Positions 39,153 to 48,971 are shown, counted from the stretch's first letter. The stretch: DNA of 64,000 nucleotides from Candidatus Poribacteria bacterium (GCA_965198235.1 OZ240248.1:2592001-2656000); one strand, 5' to 3'. Translations and numbers: made by a program. The notes: a model not told the origin generated them from the sequence alone.

Positions 39153-40103
39153 ATGAGATTTCTGAAAAAAGGCGAGAAAGAAAAGCCAAAACCTCAGTCC
39201 GATTCTGCGACAAAAGGACATCCCGAACTTCAAGTTATCAGTGGTTCACAGATCTCTGGACGGCAACCCCGACAACCGACACCACCGCAGCAGCAACAGC
39301 AACAGAATATAACATTGCCGAATATCAAGTATAAAATCGCGGTTGCTAGTGGAAAGGGCGGCGTAGGAAAATCTACTGTCGCTACCAATCTCGCGATCTC
39401 CTTGGCGAATGCAGGTAGCACAGTCGGCTTGCTGGATGCAGATGCCTACGGTCCCAGTATCCCAACAATGATGGGTATTCAAGAACAGCCGAAGACCAGC
39501 CCGGAACGTAAGATTATTCCGCTCGTTCGTCACGACATTAAACTCATGTCGATTGGATTTATGGTGCCAGAAGAGCAGGCGATGATCTGGCGGGGACCGA
39601 TGTTACACGGTGCCATCCGCCAACTTCTCGGTGACGTAGACTGGGGTGAACTCGATTATCTGATTATCGATCTCCCGCCGGGAACAGGCGATGTTGCTCT
39701 CTCTTTAACGCAGGCGCTTCCGCTCACCGGCGCACTCATTGTTACGACCCCACAAGATGTCGCTCTCGCCGATGTCCGACGCGGCGTTGCCATGTTTGAG
39801 CGCCTCGGTGTTCCTATTCTCGGTATTATTGAAAATATGAGCTATTTCCTCTGTCCGCACTGCAATGAAAAAACAGAAATCTTTAGAGCAGATGGTGGTA
39901 AGAACACCAGCGAACGATTCGGTGTTGCGTTCTTGGGGCAAATCCCACTTGATGCTGAAGTCTGTACTGCGGGTGACATCGGTGTTCCGATTGTCGCTGG
40001 GCATCCAGAATCCCCACAATCCGGAGCATTCGGCACGGTCGCCGCGGAATTGGCGACGGTCCTGGAGGAAAGTGGCGAAGAAGATGAATTGACGATCCTC
40101 TAA
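39153..40103 (+). CDS. mrp: Mrp/ApbC Fe-S cluster carrier ATPase
   Basis: SGKGGVGKST, DADAYGPS, WRGPM, DLPPGTGD, ENMS..CPHC. Confidence 0.95.
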   Translation: MRFLKKGEKEKPKPQSDSATKGHPELQVISGSQISGRQPRQPTPPQQQQQQNITLPNIKYKIAVASGKGGVGKSTVATNLAISLANAGSTVGLLDADAYGPSIPTMMGIQEQPKTSPERKIIPLVRHDIKLMSIGFMVPEEQAMIWRGPMLHGAIRQLLGDVDWGELDYLIIDLPPGTGDVALSLTQALPLTGALIVTTPQDVALADVRRGVAMFERLGVPILGIIENMSYFLCPHCNEKTEIFRADGGKNTSERFGVAFLGQIPLDAEVCTAGDIGVPIVAGHPESPQSGAFGTVAAELATVLEESGEEDELTIL

Positions 40104-40231
40104 TTCTTGACACGGCAAAATCTGTTGACGATTTCTCTGTTTCCTGTTACAGTACGTTTAGATTCCTTGTTCAAAACCGTTAACGCTTTCTCATTCGAGT
40201 TATCGAGAAACCTTACGTAAGGAGGCTACTC

Positions 40232-41353
40232 ATGGCGAATACAGGTTGGGGAAACATCTACAAAAAACTCGGCGCACGACCCGTTATTAATGCGACAGGC
40301 AACCAGACTGTCCGAGGCGGATCCACACCTTCGGCAACCGTCCGAGACGCAATGCGCCAAGCGGATGAAAGTTACGTCGAAATGGAGGAATTGCTCGAAA
40401 AATCGGGGCAATTCATCGCTGAGCAGTTGGGGGTTGAAGACGCGTATGTCACTGCTGGGTGCTATGCCGCACTCGTCTTGGCATCAGCCGCAGTCATGAC
40501 TGGGAACGATCCTGACAGGTGCGCACAACTGCCAGATACCACCGGACTCAAGGACGAAATCGTTTTTCAGAAGATACAGCACTACGGCTATGATCGTGCG
40601 TTTACAGTTCCAGGGAGTAAACTTATATCTGTAGGGGACGAAAACGGATGCACCGAGGTGGCGTTGAAAGAGGCTATCGGCGAGAATACAGCCGCAGTCG
40701 CGTATCTTATCCAACCGAATCAGGGCAACGCGGTCCCGTTGGAGACAGCGATTGAGATTGCGCATGCGAATGGCTTACCACTCATCGCTGATGCTGCCGC
40801 TCAAATCTATCCACTTGATTACTTTCGGCGGAACGCCCAGTCTGCGGATCTCGTCTGCTTTGGCGGTAAGTATTTCAATGCACCCCACTCTACAGGGTTC
40901 GTTTGTGGCAGAAAAGATCTGATTGAAATAGTGCGGGCGCACGGTTTCATTGGACCAAGACCCGTTGGGCGTGGTATGAAGGTAGACCGTCAGGAGATTA
41001 TCGGATTGGTGACCGCTATTGACATCTGGTTGTCAACGAACCATAAGGTGCGGTCAAAGGAACAGGATGGGAGATATGCTGTCCTCGCACAGGGGCTTGA
41101 GAATCTCGACGGTGTATCCTGCGAAGTCCACTACCAAGAGAAAAGCCATACACTGTCGAATCTACATGTTACGTTTGATACTGCCATTAGTGGCAAAGAT
41201 GCTACGCAGGTCGCACACGAATTGGATGTTGGCACCCCGCGTATCAAGGTGAACACGGACGGTAAAGAAACCATTGTGATTAGTGCCTACACCCTGAATG
41301 CAGGAGAAGAGGATATCATCGCAAACGCCTTGCGACACCTCTTGCGTGGATAG
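40232..41353 (+). CDS. SelA-like PLP-dependent enzyme (DgaE-like)
   Basis: VINATG, DAAA, FGGK, GRGMKVDRQEI. Confidence 0.82.
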   Translation: MANTGWGNIYKKLGARPVINATGNQTVRGGSTPSATVRDAMRQADESYVEMEELLEKSGQFIAEQLGVEDAYVTAGCYAALVLASAAVMTGNDPDRCAQLPDTTGLKDEIVFQKIQHYGYDRAFTVPGSKLISVGDENGCTEVALKEAIGENTAAVAYLIQPNQGNAVPLETAIEIAHANGLPLIADAAAQIYPLDYFRRNAQSADLVCFGGKYFNAPHSTGFVCGRKDLIEIVRAHGFIGPRPVGRGMKVDRQEIIGLVTAIDIWLSTNHKVRSKEQDGRYAVLAQGLENLDGVSCEVHYQEKSHTLSNLHVTFDTAISGKDATQVAHELDVGTPRIKVNTDGKETIVISAYTLNAGEEDIIANALRHLLRG

Positions 41354-41369
41354 TATTTTGTTTTTTCGC

Positions 41370-41395
41370 GGTGGCGAGTCCTCAGGCTTGCCACC
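41370..41395. terminator. Hairpin downstream of the SelA-like gene
   Basis: GGTGGCGAGTC-CTCA-GGCTTGCCACC. Confidence 0.5.
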
Positions 41396-41411
41396 ACCTC
41401 GCTATATTAAT

Positions 41412-41542
41412 AGGACTTACGCGTTTCCTCTTAAAGTCCCCCTGATAAGGGGGATTTAGGGGGTTAAGTACAACGAAGTACTCTCACTGCGAGGCATTTT
41501 CAGCAAAATATACCCTTTTTCTGTTCAATTTGCATAGGTCCT
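41412..41542 (-). mobile_element. MITE-like element, family C (inverted copy)
   Basis: Reverse-complement homolog of 20493-20622; ends AGGACTTACGC / GCATAGGTCCT. Confidence 0.8.
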
Positions 41543-41580
41543 AATTAATTCGGAAACTTCTGCCTCACGCCGTGATGGGA

Positions 41581-42015
41581 TTACCAGAAAACCCAGTCTG
41601 CCCACGGCTTTATATTAAGCACCATCCCTAATAAACAGAACGCAGCCGACCCGCCGAGTGCCCCTTTCCCAGCAGCCTCCAGTTGTAGCCTCCGCGCTCG
41701 CGCTTTATAGGCATCGGTATAGATACTAACATAGTCGGCTGGTTTGCCGAGAAGTCGCTCAGCGGACGGAATAGGCTGGTAGACATAAGCCCCACCCATA
41801 GCAATAACACCGAGCGGAAGATTCCCCACCACTCCTAAGATTCCCCCGGCAGCAAGCCACACTGTTGTATTTATATCCTCTTCGGCGTCAAATTCTGCAT
41901 CCGATTTGGCGGTAAGGATTACCGTGTTCTGCTGTGCGAAGCAGTGCATCGAGACGTTTAAACTGAGTCCGAACATCAGGACGATCAGAATGTGAAGTAG
42001 CAGACCTCTTTTCAT
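41581..42015 (-). CDS. Hypothetical membrane/secreted protein
   Basis: Signal-like N-terminus, hydrophobic Gly-rich segments. Confidence 0.65.
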   Translation of the reverse strand: MKRGLLLHILIVLMFGLSLNVSMHCFAQQNTVILTAKSDAEFDAEEDINTTVWLAAGGILGVVGNLPLGVIAMGGAYVYQPIPSAERLLGKPADYVSIYTDAYKARARRLQLEAAGKGALGGSAAFCLLGMVLNIKPWADWVFW

Positions 42016-42047
42016 TTCCACTTCCTTTTGAAAACGTGAATTTGATT

Positions 42048-42182
42048 TATAGTAAAGCCCGAAAATATATGAACACTTTAGAAAACACAAATGACCGACT
42101 CGCTGGCGGGGTTTCCTGAGGAAACACCCAAGCAAAAACACCCCGCTAATCTTTGGGTGAATTAATGGTGGGTTTTACTATA
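42048..42182. mobile_element. MITE-like element, family D
   Basis: Terminal IR TATAGTAAAGCCC / GGGTTTTACTATA. Confidence 0.75.
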
Positions 42183-42210
42183 AACATTTCAAGCGCAATA
42201 CAGGTTTTCC

Positions 42211-42279
42211 GTTTGTGGTAGGGCAATTCATTGCCCGTTCCATCCACGGTTAACGGGTGATAGATCGCCTAACTACGAA
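42211..42279. repeat. Inverted REP doublet
   Basis: GTAGGGCAATTCATTGCCCGT followed by inverted ACGGGTGATAGATCGCCTAACTAC. Confidence 0.6.
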
Positions 42280-42307
42280 TGCATAAGCCTAAAAAAGTCA
42301 AATGTTT

Positions 42308-43363
42308 CTATGGTGACAGTATTTCAATGGCGCGGCGTTCCGTGGTTGCTTTACGTGCGGCTTCGATAATTGCGAGATTGTGATACGCTTTCTCTGCAGG
42401 CACCGGTAGTGCTGTGTTCGCCGCAAGTGCGTTGAAGGTCTCTGTGAAATAGCGGACATGTCCACTTGCGTCCTGCTGTTCTGCTTCATTAAATTCAGAG
42501 AGTTCCAGTTGTTTCCATCCGTCTGCCCGTGTGAAACGCCGGAGTGCATCCTCCACATTTCGGCGGTGTTGGACGCGTAGAGAGCCGTTTTCAGCGTGCA
42601 TCTCGCACCAGCCGGAATCCGTACCAGGCACACACCACGCCCCTGAAACCGTTGTGACAGCCCCGTTTTCATGTTCACACAGTAGCATCGCGATGTCGTC
42701 AACGTCAATGTCAAGTCGTAACGTTTGCACGCGTGCCTCAACGTAACACACCGGGGATCGCATCAGCGTACAGACGGAATAAATTTCATGGTAACTTGTG
42801 TCAATGATACAACCACCGCCTTTCGCTTTGCTGGCGCGCCACGCGAACGCTGGAGTCGGATGATCCGCTGAGAAATCTGTCGGTTTCAGCCCCATTCCAA
42901 CACTTCGTCCGAAGTGCGATTCACCCAAGGCATCCAGTTCTGTCATCGCCGATCGCATCCCAGCGGTAAAGATGTAGTTATGTACCACTGTATAGGGGAC
43001 GCTGTTACGACGGACTGCCTCCAGAATTTTATCCGCCTCTTCTAACGTCGTCGCCATCGGTTTTTCAGAGATAATAGCTACGTCTGCTCCTGCTGCTTCT
43101 ATTACCTGCTCGGCGTGAAGTGAGTGCGGTGTGGCAACGGTCACCGCGTCGATTGTTGCGTGTTCCAGCATGTCTCGATAATCTGCATATCGGTTTTCTG
43201 TAGGCACGCTGAACATGTCTCCAATCTTTTGCAAATTCGCCGGGACAATATCCGCGAGTGCAGTAACCTTAACAGTATCTGGGAGGGAGCGGTAGGCACG
43301 GGCATGCGTATTTTGCACAATACCCCCACAGCCAATCAGTCCTAAGCGGATCGGTTTTTTCAT
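42308..43363 (-). CDS. Gfo/Idh/MocA oxidoreductase
   Basis: GLIGCGGI, ISEKPM, GGGCIIDTSYH. Confidence 0.92.
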   Translation of the reverse strand: MKKPIRLGLIGCGGIVQNTHARAYRSLPDTVKVTALADIVPANLQKIGDMFSVPTENRYADYRDMLEHATIDAVTVATPHSLHAEQVIEAAGADVAIISEKPMATTLEEADKILEAVRRNSVPYTVVHNYIFTAGMRSAMTELDALGESHFGRSVGMGLKPTDFSADHPTPAFAWRASKAKGGGCIIDTSYHEIYSVCTLMRSPVCYVEARVQTLRLDIDVDDIAMLLCEHENGAVTTVSGAWCVPGTDSGWCEMHAENGSLRVQHRRNVEDALRRFTRADGWKQLELSEFNEAEQQDASGHVRYFTETFNALAANTALPVPAEKAYHNLAIIEAARKATTERRAIEILSP

Positions 43364-43402
43364 TGTATATCTCCTTTGTATAGAGTTTAGCATATTTTTT
43401 AT

Positions 43403-43533
43403 TATAGTGAAATCCAAAAATATGTTTACACTTGTAGCATAGGAAACCGTTGGTCTCCTGTGCCAGCGTGAGCCGCAACTTCATAGTTCGCACTACGATA
43501 CGAGTGTCCAAAGTAATTACGGAATCTACTATA
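43403..43533. mobile_element. MITE-like element, family D
   Basis: TATAGTGAAATCC / GGAATCTACTATA ends. Confidence 0.72.
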
Positions 43534-43591
43534 ATGTCAAATTCTTTGCGCGGCTTGATGTGGGCATTTGGTTTCCTCACTCTTTCTCCGC

Positions 43592-43631
43592 TCCATTCCT
43601 TGTATTACATTTCCATTCCTTGTATTACATT
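43592..43631. repeat. Perfect 20-bp tandem duplication
   Basis: TCCATTCCTTGTATTACATT x2. Confidence 0.8.
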
Positions 43632-44045
43632 GCAAAAACCCCAAGCAAAAACACCGCACCGAGCATGGTTGGGACATTACCGAATTGAATTGTTAATCTT
43701 CATGCAACCGCCCCAGTGTTTATCTGAATCGCGGATTATCGCAGATGACGCAGATTTCGCGGATTTTAAGAGTTTGTCGCGTTGTGATTTTTGAGTCCTG
43801 TAGGGGTCGGATGTTTAGAATCTCGGTTCTTTGATGGCGGGGTTTCGCTGTTTGTAGTAGGGCAATTTATTGTCCGTCCGTTGGATCTATAGATATCTGA
43901 TGCCTCTCCGCTGCTGACGAGATTTGAAACCTTGCCGATTCCCCAGGCCCGGTAGGTGCGGTTTCCCAACCGCACCGAATATCATTAGAACCTTAGTGGG
44001 ACTCGCGACTTTCCTTGATTGTTTAGGTTAAATGTGCTACTATTT

Positions 44046-44201
44046 TAACCCAAGTTGCTACTCACAAATTTTGGACATTTCAACAAGGTTTTCAGGCACT
44101 TTCCCACCCCGTAGGGGTGATATGTCTATAGAAAATCGTGTTGTCAAAACACTGCACTCCAGCGGAGTGCTATGTCTATAAAAAAGGGGCAACTTGCGTT
44201 A
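44046..44201 (+). mobile_element. MITE-like element, family B (156 bp)
   Basis: TAACCCAAGTTGC / GCAACTTGCGTTA ends; two hairpin+TATGTCTATA units; same-length homolog at 59994-60149. Confidence 0.8.
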
Positions 44202-44379
44202 TTTTAATAAGCAATGATATGTTTAATCGCTCCAAAATCCATTTTGAGGACAAGTAGAGGAATATAGGAGGAACATAGCAGCTTTTCAACACGCTATTAA
44301 TAACTATACTGAAACTATCAAATTCTTGAAAAATGCCCTCTAACATAGCGGAAGGAAGGACTGATAAGTTAGCACGACT

Positions 44380-45120
44380 ATGACTGTTATTGATGAGAAA
44401 TACCTTAACAAGCTCAGTAAATTTCCTAGTGGCTGTGCATTTCGTGGACAAGTTAAAAGCAAATGGCTGTTACATTCTGGGGCTACCCGTCGCCTGATTA
44501 AGTATTATTCTGAAGATGTTACGCAAAATCCTAGTTTCTCGCAGATTTACGTGAACTATCATAGTGCTGTGCTTATAAACCCTGCCCATACGAACGGATT
44601 TGACATTGATGATGGCCATCAAGTTTCTGACCTGCAACTTCTGGCAAAACTACAACACTTTGAGGCAGCAACGGGGTTACTTGACTTTACATGGAACCCT
44701 TTAGTTGCATTATGGTTTGCATGTAAAGATAATGATAATTGTGACGGAAAGGTTTTTGTTGCTGATTTGAGAAATCCGATAACGTTTCAACAAGTCTCTA
44801 ATGAAACGGAAAAACAAAGCGTTGAAGCAATCTTTTTGCCCAATAGTGATGTCGGCAAACTACTATACTGGGAAGCAAAGATTCATGGCGAAGCTGCCGC
44901 AAGAATTTTGCGACAACGTAGTGTGTTCGTCATTGATCGCCCGTTGATTCTCGAAGATGTCGTAGATTACATAGAAATTAAGGCATCGGACAAAGCCTTG
45001 ATCAGAAAAGAACTTGAAGATATATTTGATATTAGCGCGTGGACTCTATTTATGGATATACACGGTTTTTCGCTACGTAGTGTTTTTAGGGCGTTTCAAC
45101 GAAGCCTTTCGGTGTTATAA
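44380..45120 (+). CDS. FRG domain protein (probably truncated)
   Basis: FRGQ, LQHFEAATGLLDFTWNPLVALWFAC, RILRQRSVF. Confidence 0.85.
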   Translation: MTVIDEKYLNKLSKFPSGCAFRGQVKSKWLLHSGATRRLIKYYSEDVTQNPSFSQIYVNYHSAVLINPAHTNGFDIDDGHQVSDLQLLAKLQHFEAATGLLDFTWNPLVALWFACKDNDNCDGKVFVADLRNPITFQQVSNETEKQSVEAIFLPNSDVGKLLYWEAKIHGEAAARILRQRSVFVIDRPLILEDVVDYIEIKASDKALIRKELEDIFDISAWTLFMDIHGFSLRSVFRAFQRSLSVL

Positions 45121-45409
45121 CAAAGCAATAAGAGCAGAAAATGACAATGCAGGGGTTGCTAACAACCATGGAGGAACAGCACAAATCCTCAATATGATTG
45201 ATGGCGCAGAATACAAAAGTCATTTTGCGCAGGATAAACCTCCTTCTGCTGTGTATGTACAGGTTGCTAGAGACAATTTGTCAGAGAGAATCTTTGTTTT
45301 CACTGGCAACAAGGGAAACACAGGGAACTTTGGCTATATTTCGTCCGGAGGTCAAGGATTTGATGGTGGGAACCCCTTTCTTATCAAAGTAAGCAGTCAG
45401 CAAGGTTAA
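45070..45409 (+). pseudogene. Out-of-frame C-terminal fragment with TPR-like remnant
   Basis: LGRFNEAFRCYNKAI in another frame overlapping the FRG end. Confidence 0.5.
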
Positions 45410-45606
45410 TTCAGAAGTGAATTTGGAAAGTGAAGTGGAAAAATCTGACTATCGGAGAATGCGACAAAAGGGTGTGGTTTGGGTAAGATATTAAGTTAAA
45501 TCCAATTTATCATTACGTGTTTCACGGAGAAAGGATATATTGAATCTCAGAAACCCGCGTACCATCTGACCTGAAAAAATCCTCCGTGAACCCTCCGTGA
45601 ATTGTC

Positions 45607-48600
45607 CTATAATAGTGGCAAATTTTTGACAATCTCCACCGTTTTCAGACTCACCGTGATAACACGTCCAATCAAATCCACAATATACTGCGGCTGATCC
45701 GCACGGTTCGGGTCATTCACGATCCCACTCCGTTTGTCTACTTTGACGCGATACTGATCCACCACCCATTCCACCGCAGAACGCGTGCCTAACCGATACT
45801 CATACACCTCCGCAGGGATACCATCCAGCGTCAGGAAGTCGTTGTATTTCAACTGCGTTTTGTCTTTGGAGAGTTTCATCTTTTCGACACGCCAATCTAT
45901 CGGTATACCGGGAGTTTCAATATATTTCAGTTCATCGTCCTTCGGAGCGGATTCATAGTTGACGTGGATATCTGCTAACTGTGCACCTGCAGTGGCGAAC
46001 CCCCAGAAATCTTCAGCGAAGGGGATATGCGGTAGGTCGCGCTTGAGATTCGCCTGATACTTTTCGCGATACTCGGGATGGTGTAAGAGCGCGTAGGTAT
46101 AGTGGAAGATGTCCCATTTGGTGATAGCATCGTCTCCGTAGTGATTTTGAAACGCCGCTAATGCCCAATCGGTGATATTCTCTTGTCGATTTGTGCCATC
46201 CTCATCGTAGGTGTAAAAGGGAAAGGATTGTTGTGGGTCGCCATAGAGATTCACATCGGGAATACATTGGCTCATCAACACGGCAAACTCTTTCCGACCA
46301 TAGCCTCCGACGCAAATTACTTGGTTCTCCGACTCTGTTACTGATCTTGGAAAGATTGAAGGAAACACATGGACATCATTGTTTATTGTCCGATCAAAAT
46401 AAAGATTTAATTTAGTAAATGGGCGATAGAGAGATGTCTTCACCTTGCGTTCCGCATATTCAACAATTACCCCTCGTTTTAACTTTACCTTTAGGTCCCG
46501 ACTCCAACTAACTTTCGTGTCATCATAAGCGACAAAATCATCAACGTTGATTTCCCTCTGATTTTCCTGCCGTTTCCACCTATCTACCTCTGTGTTGTAG
46601 GTTTCACTCATGCGCAGAATGTTCTCAGTAAGGACCTTTCGATTAAAGTTGTAAGCCCAGGCATCACGATTGGTTTTTACACCGTTGCTGTAGGTCTTGA
46701 AAATCACATCTGCTGCTATGCCTTTTATTCCCTTTGCTTCCTTAGTTCCCATCGGAGTAAAAGTGTCAAACTCAGCATGAAGTCCGTCGGTGAGCCACGT
46801 ATGTCGCGCGTCAGGTTGAATCGTCTGCCACACAATATTATCTGTATCTTGGGATTCGTTCAAAAAATCGAATTTCTGTCTCTTGTTCCACTTTTCATCA
46901 GTACGATAGTAAAAGATTTGGGAGGAGTTTGATGATTTTCTTCCCTTTTTCACAAAAAAATTAATGCTCACGCCGACCCGAATTCTGAATACGTTCGCGT
47001 CAGAAACTTTCAATCCCTTCCGTGCGTTCCCGCCTAAATCAAGAATGTAAATCGCGTCAAAATCGTTCATGAGATGTTTCCGCATCCCGTCAAATGCCAG
47101 ACCATCAAGAAAACTATTGTTGGTCACAAAGGCAACAACTCCTTCGGTCCCAATCCGTTTTGATGCCCAAAGAATTGCCTTTACATACGGATCTGAGAGT
47201 GCGTTTTTATTGGTCGCTTTTGAGGCTTGCGAATACGTTTCCTGCACGAGCGTGTCCATCATCTCGTACTTCCGATTCTTGTTGTTGTCATTTTGGTTAA
47301 CTTGTTTCGCGTTGTAGGGCGGATTGCCGATAACGACAAACATATCCGTCGCCTTCTGCTTTTTCACACGTTCTGTGTTTTCCTGCGTGAAGAGTTCTAT
47401 TTGTCGGTCCTCCAGCAGCTCAAACGTGTCCGCAAGTGCGATCCCGTCAAACGGCAGATACGTCCCCGTCCGTTGAAAATACTCCTGCTCGATGTTAAGA
47501 CTTGCGATGTAGTAGGGCAATAACAGAATCTCGTTGCAATGCAGCTCGTGACGGTATTTCTCTTCAAATGTTGTCGCTTGGATGTCCTGCATGAGCCGGA
47601 CGATGAAGTTGCCGGTGCCGACGAACGGATCAATGATATGAACGCCGATATCCGACAGCGACCGGTCGAACTCGGTTTCCAAAATCTGTTCAACACTGTT
47701 CACCATGAAATCAACGATCGGCTGCGGGGTGTAGACGATGCCGTGAGTGTCCGCCACCTTAACGGAAAATCCCTGAAAAAACTGCTCGTAGACGGTATTG
47801 AGAAATTGCTGTTTTTGGGAGAAGTCTTTGCAGAGCAAAGCTGCTTGTTCAATGGCGAGATAGAACGGGTCCAGTTCTCTGAGGAACGCGTCGCGACTAT
47901 ACGTCTGTCCGATAAGCACTTCAATGACCTTTTCAATTTCGCGTGCGATGATATTTCGGCGGGTGAAATCCGGATTATTGAAAACAGTACGAAAGATGCG
48001 TTCGGTGAGCAGGTGTTGGATGAGCATCTCCTCAACAGCAGTTTTAGAGAGGTTCGGATTGATTGCGGCGCGGCACTGTTGATAAAAATCTGTGAAAACG
48101 GTGACAAATTGTGGGTTCGTCTCGTGTTGTTCCGCTATGAGTTCTGCGGCTTTTCTACCGAGGGTGGGAACCTTCTCTTTAAATTCGGCGACGGCAGCGT
48201 GCCAGTTTGTGAGCGCAGCGGGTGGCACGGCGAAAAGGTGTTGGAGTGCCGTAATCAGGCGTGTTGGATCGGTAATGTCTACGTCAAAAACCTGCTCCCC
48301 GTTTTGATAGAGAATGCCGTGCTGTGGATTTTGGAAAAAAATGTTATCAAGCGGATAACCCGCTTCACGTTTCTCCTGCACGGCTTTGTAGAGGTTATCG
48401 TCTATATCTTTCGCTTCCCAGTAGGCGAACGGGAGTCCGTATGTGTCGAGTATCACGCCGTCGAGAACGATACGGTTGCCCGATGGCGCGCGCATCGCGA
48501 ATTGTGGAATCAGGGTAGCATCCACCTGTTTTGCACAGACGGTAAGCAGCGTTTCAAAAGGGGAACTGACAGCACCTTCGTGTGTGATGTCGTGCCTATT

Positions 48601-48669
48601 ATATTGCTGCAGCGTGGCGTAGTAGTCTCGGACTGCTTTGTGGCTGGGTTTGAGATTGAGTTGTGGCAT
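45607..48669 (-). CDS. Single-chain restriction-modification enzyme (nuclease, N6-adenine MTase, type ISP-like specificity region)
   Basis: DG..WEAKD, GIVYTP, DPFVGTG, GNPPY, YRPF; no helicase motifs seen. Confidence 0.88.
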   Translation of the reverse strand: MPQLNLKPSHKAVRDYYATLQQYNRHDITHEGAVSSPFETLLTVCAKQVDATLIPQFAMRAPSGNRIVLDGVILDTYGLPFAYWEAKDIDDNLYKAVQEKREAGYPLDNIFFQNPQHGILYQNGEQVFDVDITDPTRLITALQHLFAVPPAALTNWHAAVAEFKEKVPTLGRKAAELIAEQHETNPQFVTVFTDFYQQCRAAINPNLSKTAVEEMLIQHLLTERIFRTVFNNPDFTRRNIIAREIEKVIEVLIGQTYSRDAFLRELDPFYLAIEQAALLCKDFSQKQQFLNTVYEQFFQGFSVKVADTHGIVYTPQPIVDFMVNSVEQILETEFDRSLSDIGVHIIDPFVGTGNFIVRLMQDIQATTFEEKYRHELHCNEILLLPYYIASLNIEQEYFQRTGTYLPFDGIALADTFELLEDRQIELFTQENTERVKKQKATDMFVVIGNPPYNAKQVNQNDNNKNRKYEMMDTLVQETYSQASKATNKNALSDPYVKAILWASKRIGTEGVVAFVTNNSFLDGLAFDGMRKHLMNDFDAIYILDLGGNARKGLKVSDANVFRIRVGVSINFFVKKGRKSSNSSQIFYYRTDEKWNKRQKFDFLNESQDTDNIVWQTIQPDARHTWLTDGLHAEFDTFTPMGTKEAKGIKGIAADVIFKTYSNGVKTNRDAWAYNFNRKVLTENILRMSETYNTEVDRWKRQENQREINVDDFVAYDDTKVSWSRDLKVKLKRGVIVEYAERKVKTSLYRPFTKLNLYFDRTINNDVHVFPSIFPRSVTESENQVICVGGYGRKEFAVLMSQCIPDVNLYGDPQQSFPFYTYDEDGTNRQENITDWALAAFQNHYGDDAITKWDIFHYTYALLHHPEYREKYQANLKRDLPHIPFAEDFWGFATAGAQLADIHVNYESAPKDDELKYIETPGIPIDWRVEKMKLSKDKTQLKYNDFLTLDGIPAEVYEYRLGTRSAVEWVVDQYRVKVDKRSGIVNDPNRADQPQYIVDLIGRVITVSLKTVEIVKNLPLL

Positions 48670-48713
48670 GGGGTATCGTAGCAGGTTTTTGCGATAGGTT
48701 CAGAAGCGAACGT

Positions 48714-48971
48714 TTAGGTCAACAGGGCAATAAGAGCTATAATTGCGGCTCCAACGGCAGTACATACAGTCAGGACAGTTAACACTTTATTGCTGCCTTC
48801 TTGCTTACTTTCCAGTTTTCTCTTTATCCATCCCACATCGCGTTCCAAAACCCCTACGCGAGTGTCCAGAGAATCAAGACGTTTTTCCAAACGGGCATTG
48901 TTTTCTCTCGCTTGTGTCTCGATCCGTGACAAAGTTTCGAGAACCCTTTCCCGGAAATCTTGATTAGCCAT
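48714..48971 (-). CDS. Small coiled-coil protein with C-terminal TM helix
   Basis: SD AGGAG; LEKRLDSLDTRVGVLERDV heptads, hydrophobic tail. Confidence 0.7.
   Translation of the reverse strand: MANQDFRERVLETLSRIETQARENNARLEKRLDSLDTRVGVLERDVGWIKRKLESKQEGSNKVLTVLTVCTAVGAAIIALIALLT

Noticed and set aside
40232-41353. True selenocysteine synthase selA
   Set aside because: Shorter than typical SelA, with no selB or selC nearby; better fits the SelA-like/DgaE group.
42016-42141. Long N-terminal extensions in the ORF track (also 43364-43417, 48972-49268, 59223-59261, 21434-21496)
   Set aside because: They run into repeats or intergenic DNA; SD-supported starts lie downstream.
43450-43975. Short ORFs in the repeat mosaic (also 20560-20877, 25068-25331, 58716-59065, 60150-60398)
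   Set aside because: They are made of non-coding repeat modules and show no protein motifs.
47539-48681. 380-aa ORF antisense to the R-M gene
   Set aside because: No recognisable motifs; most likely a shadow of the coding strand.
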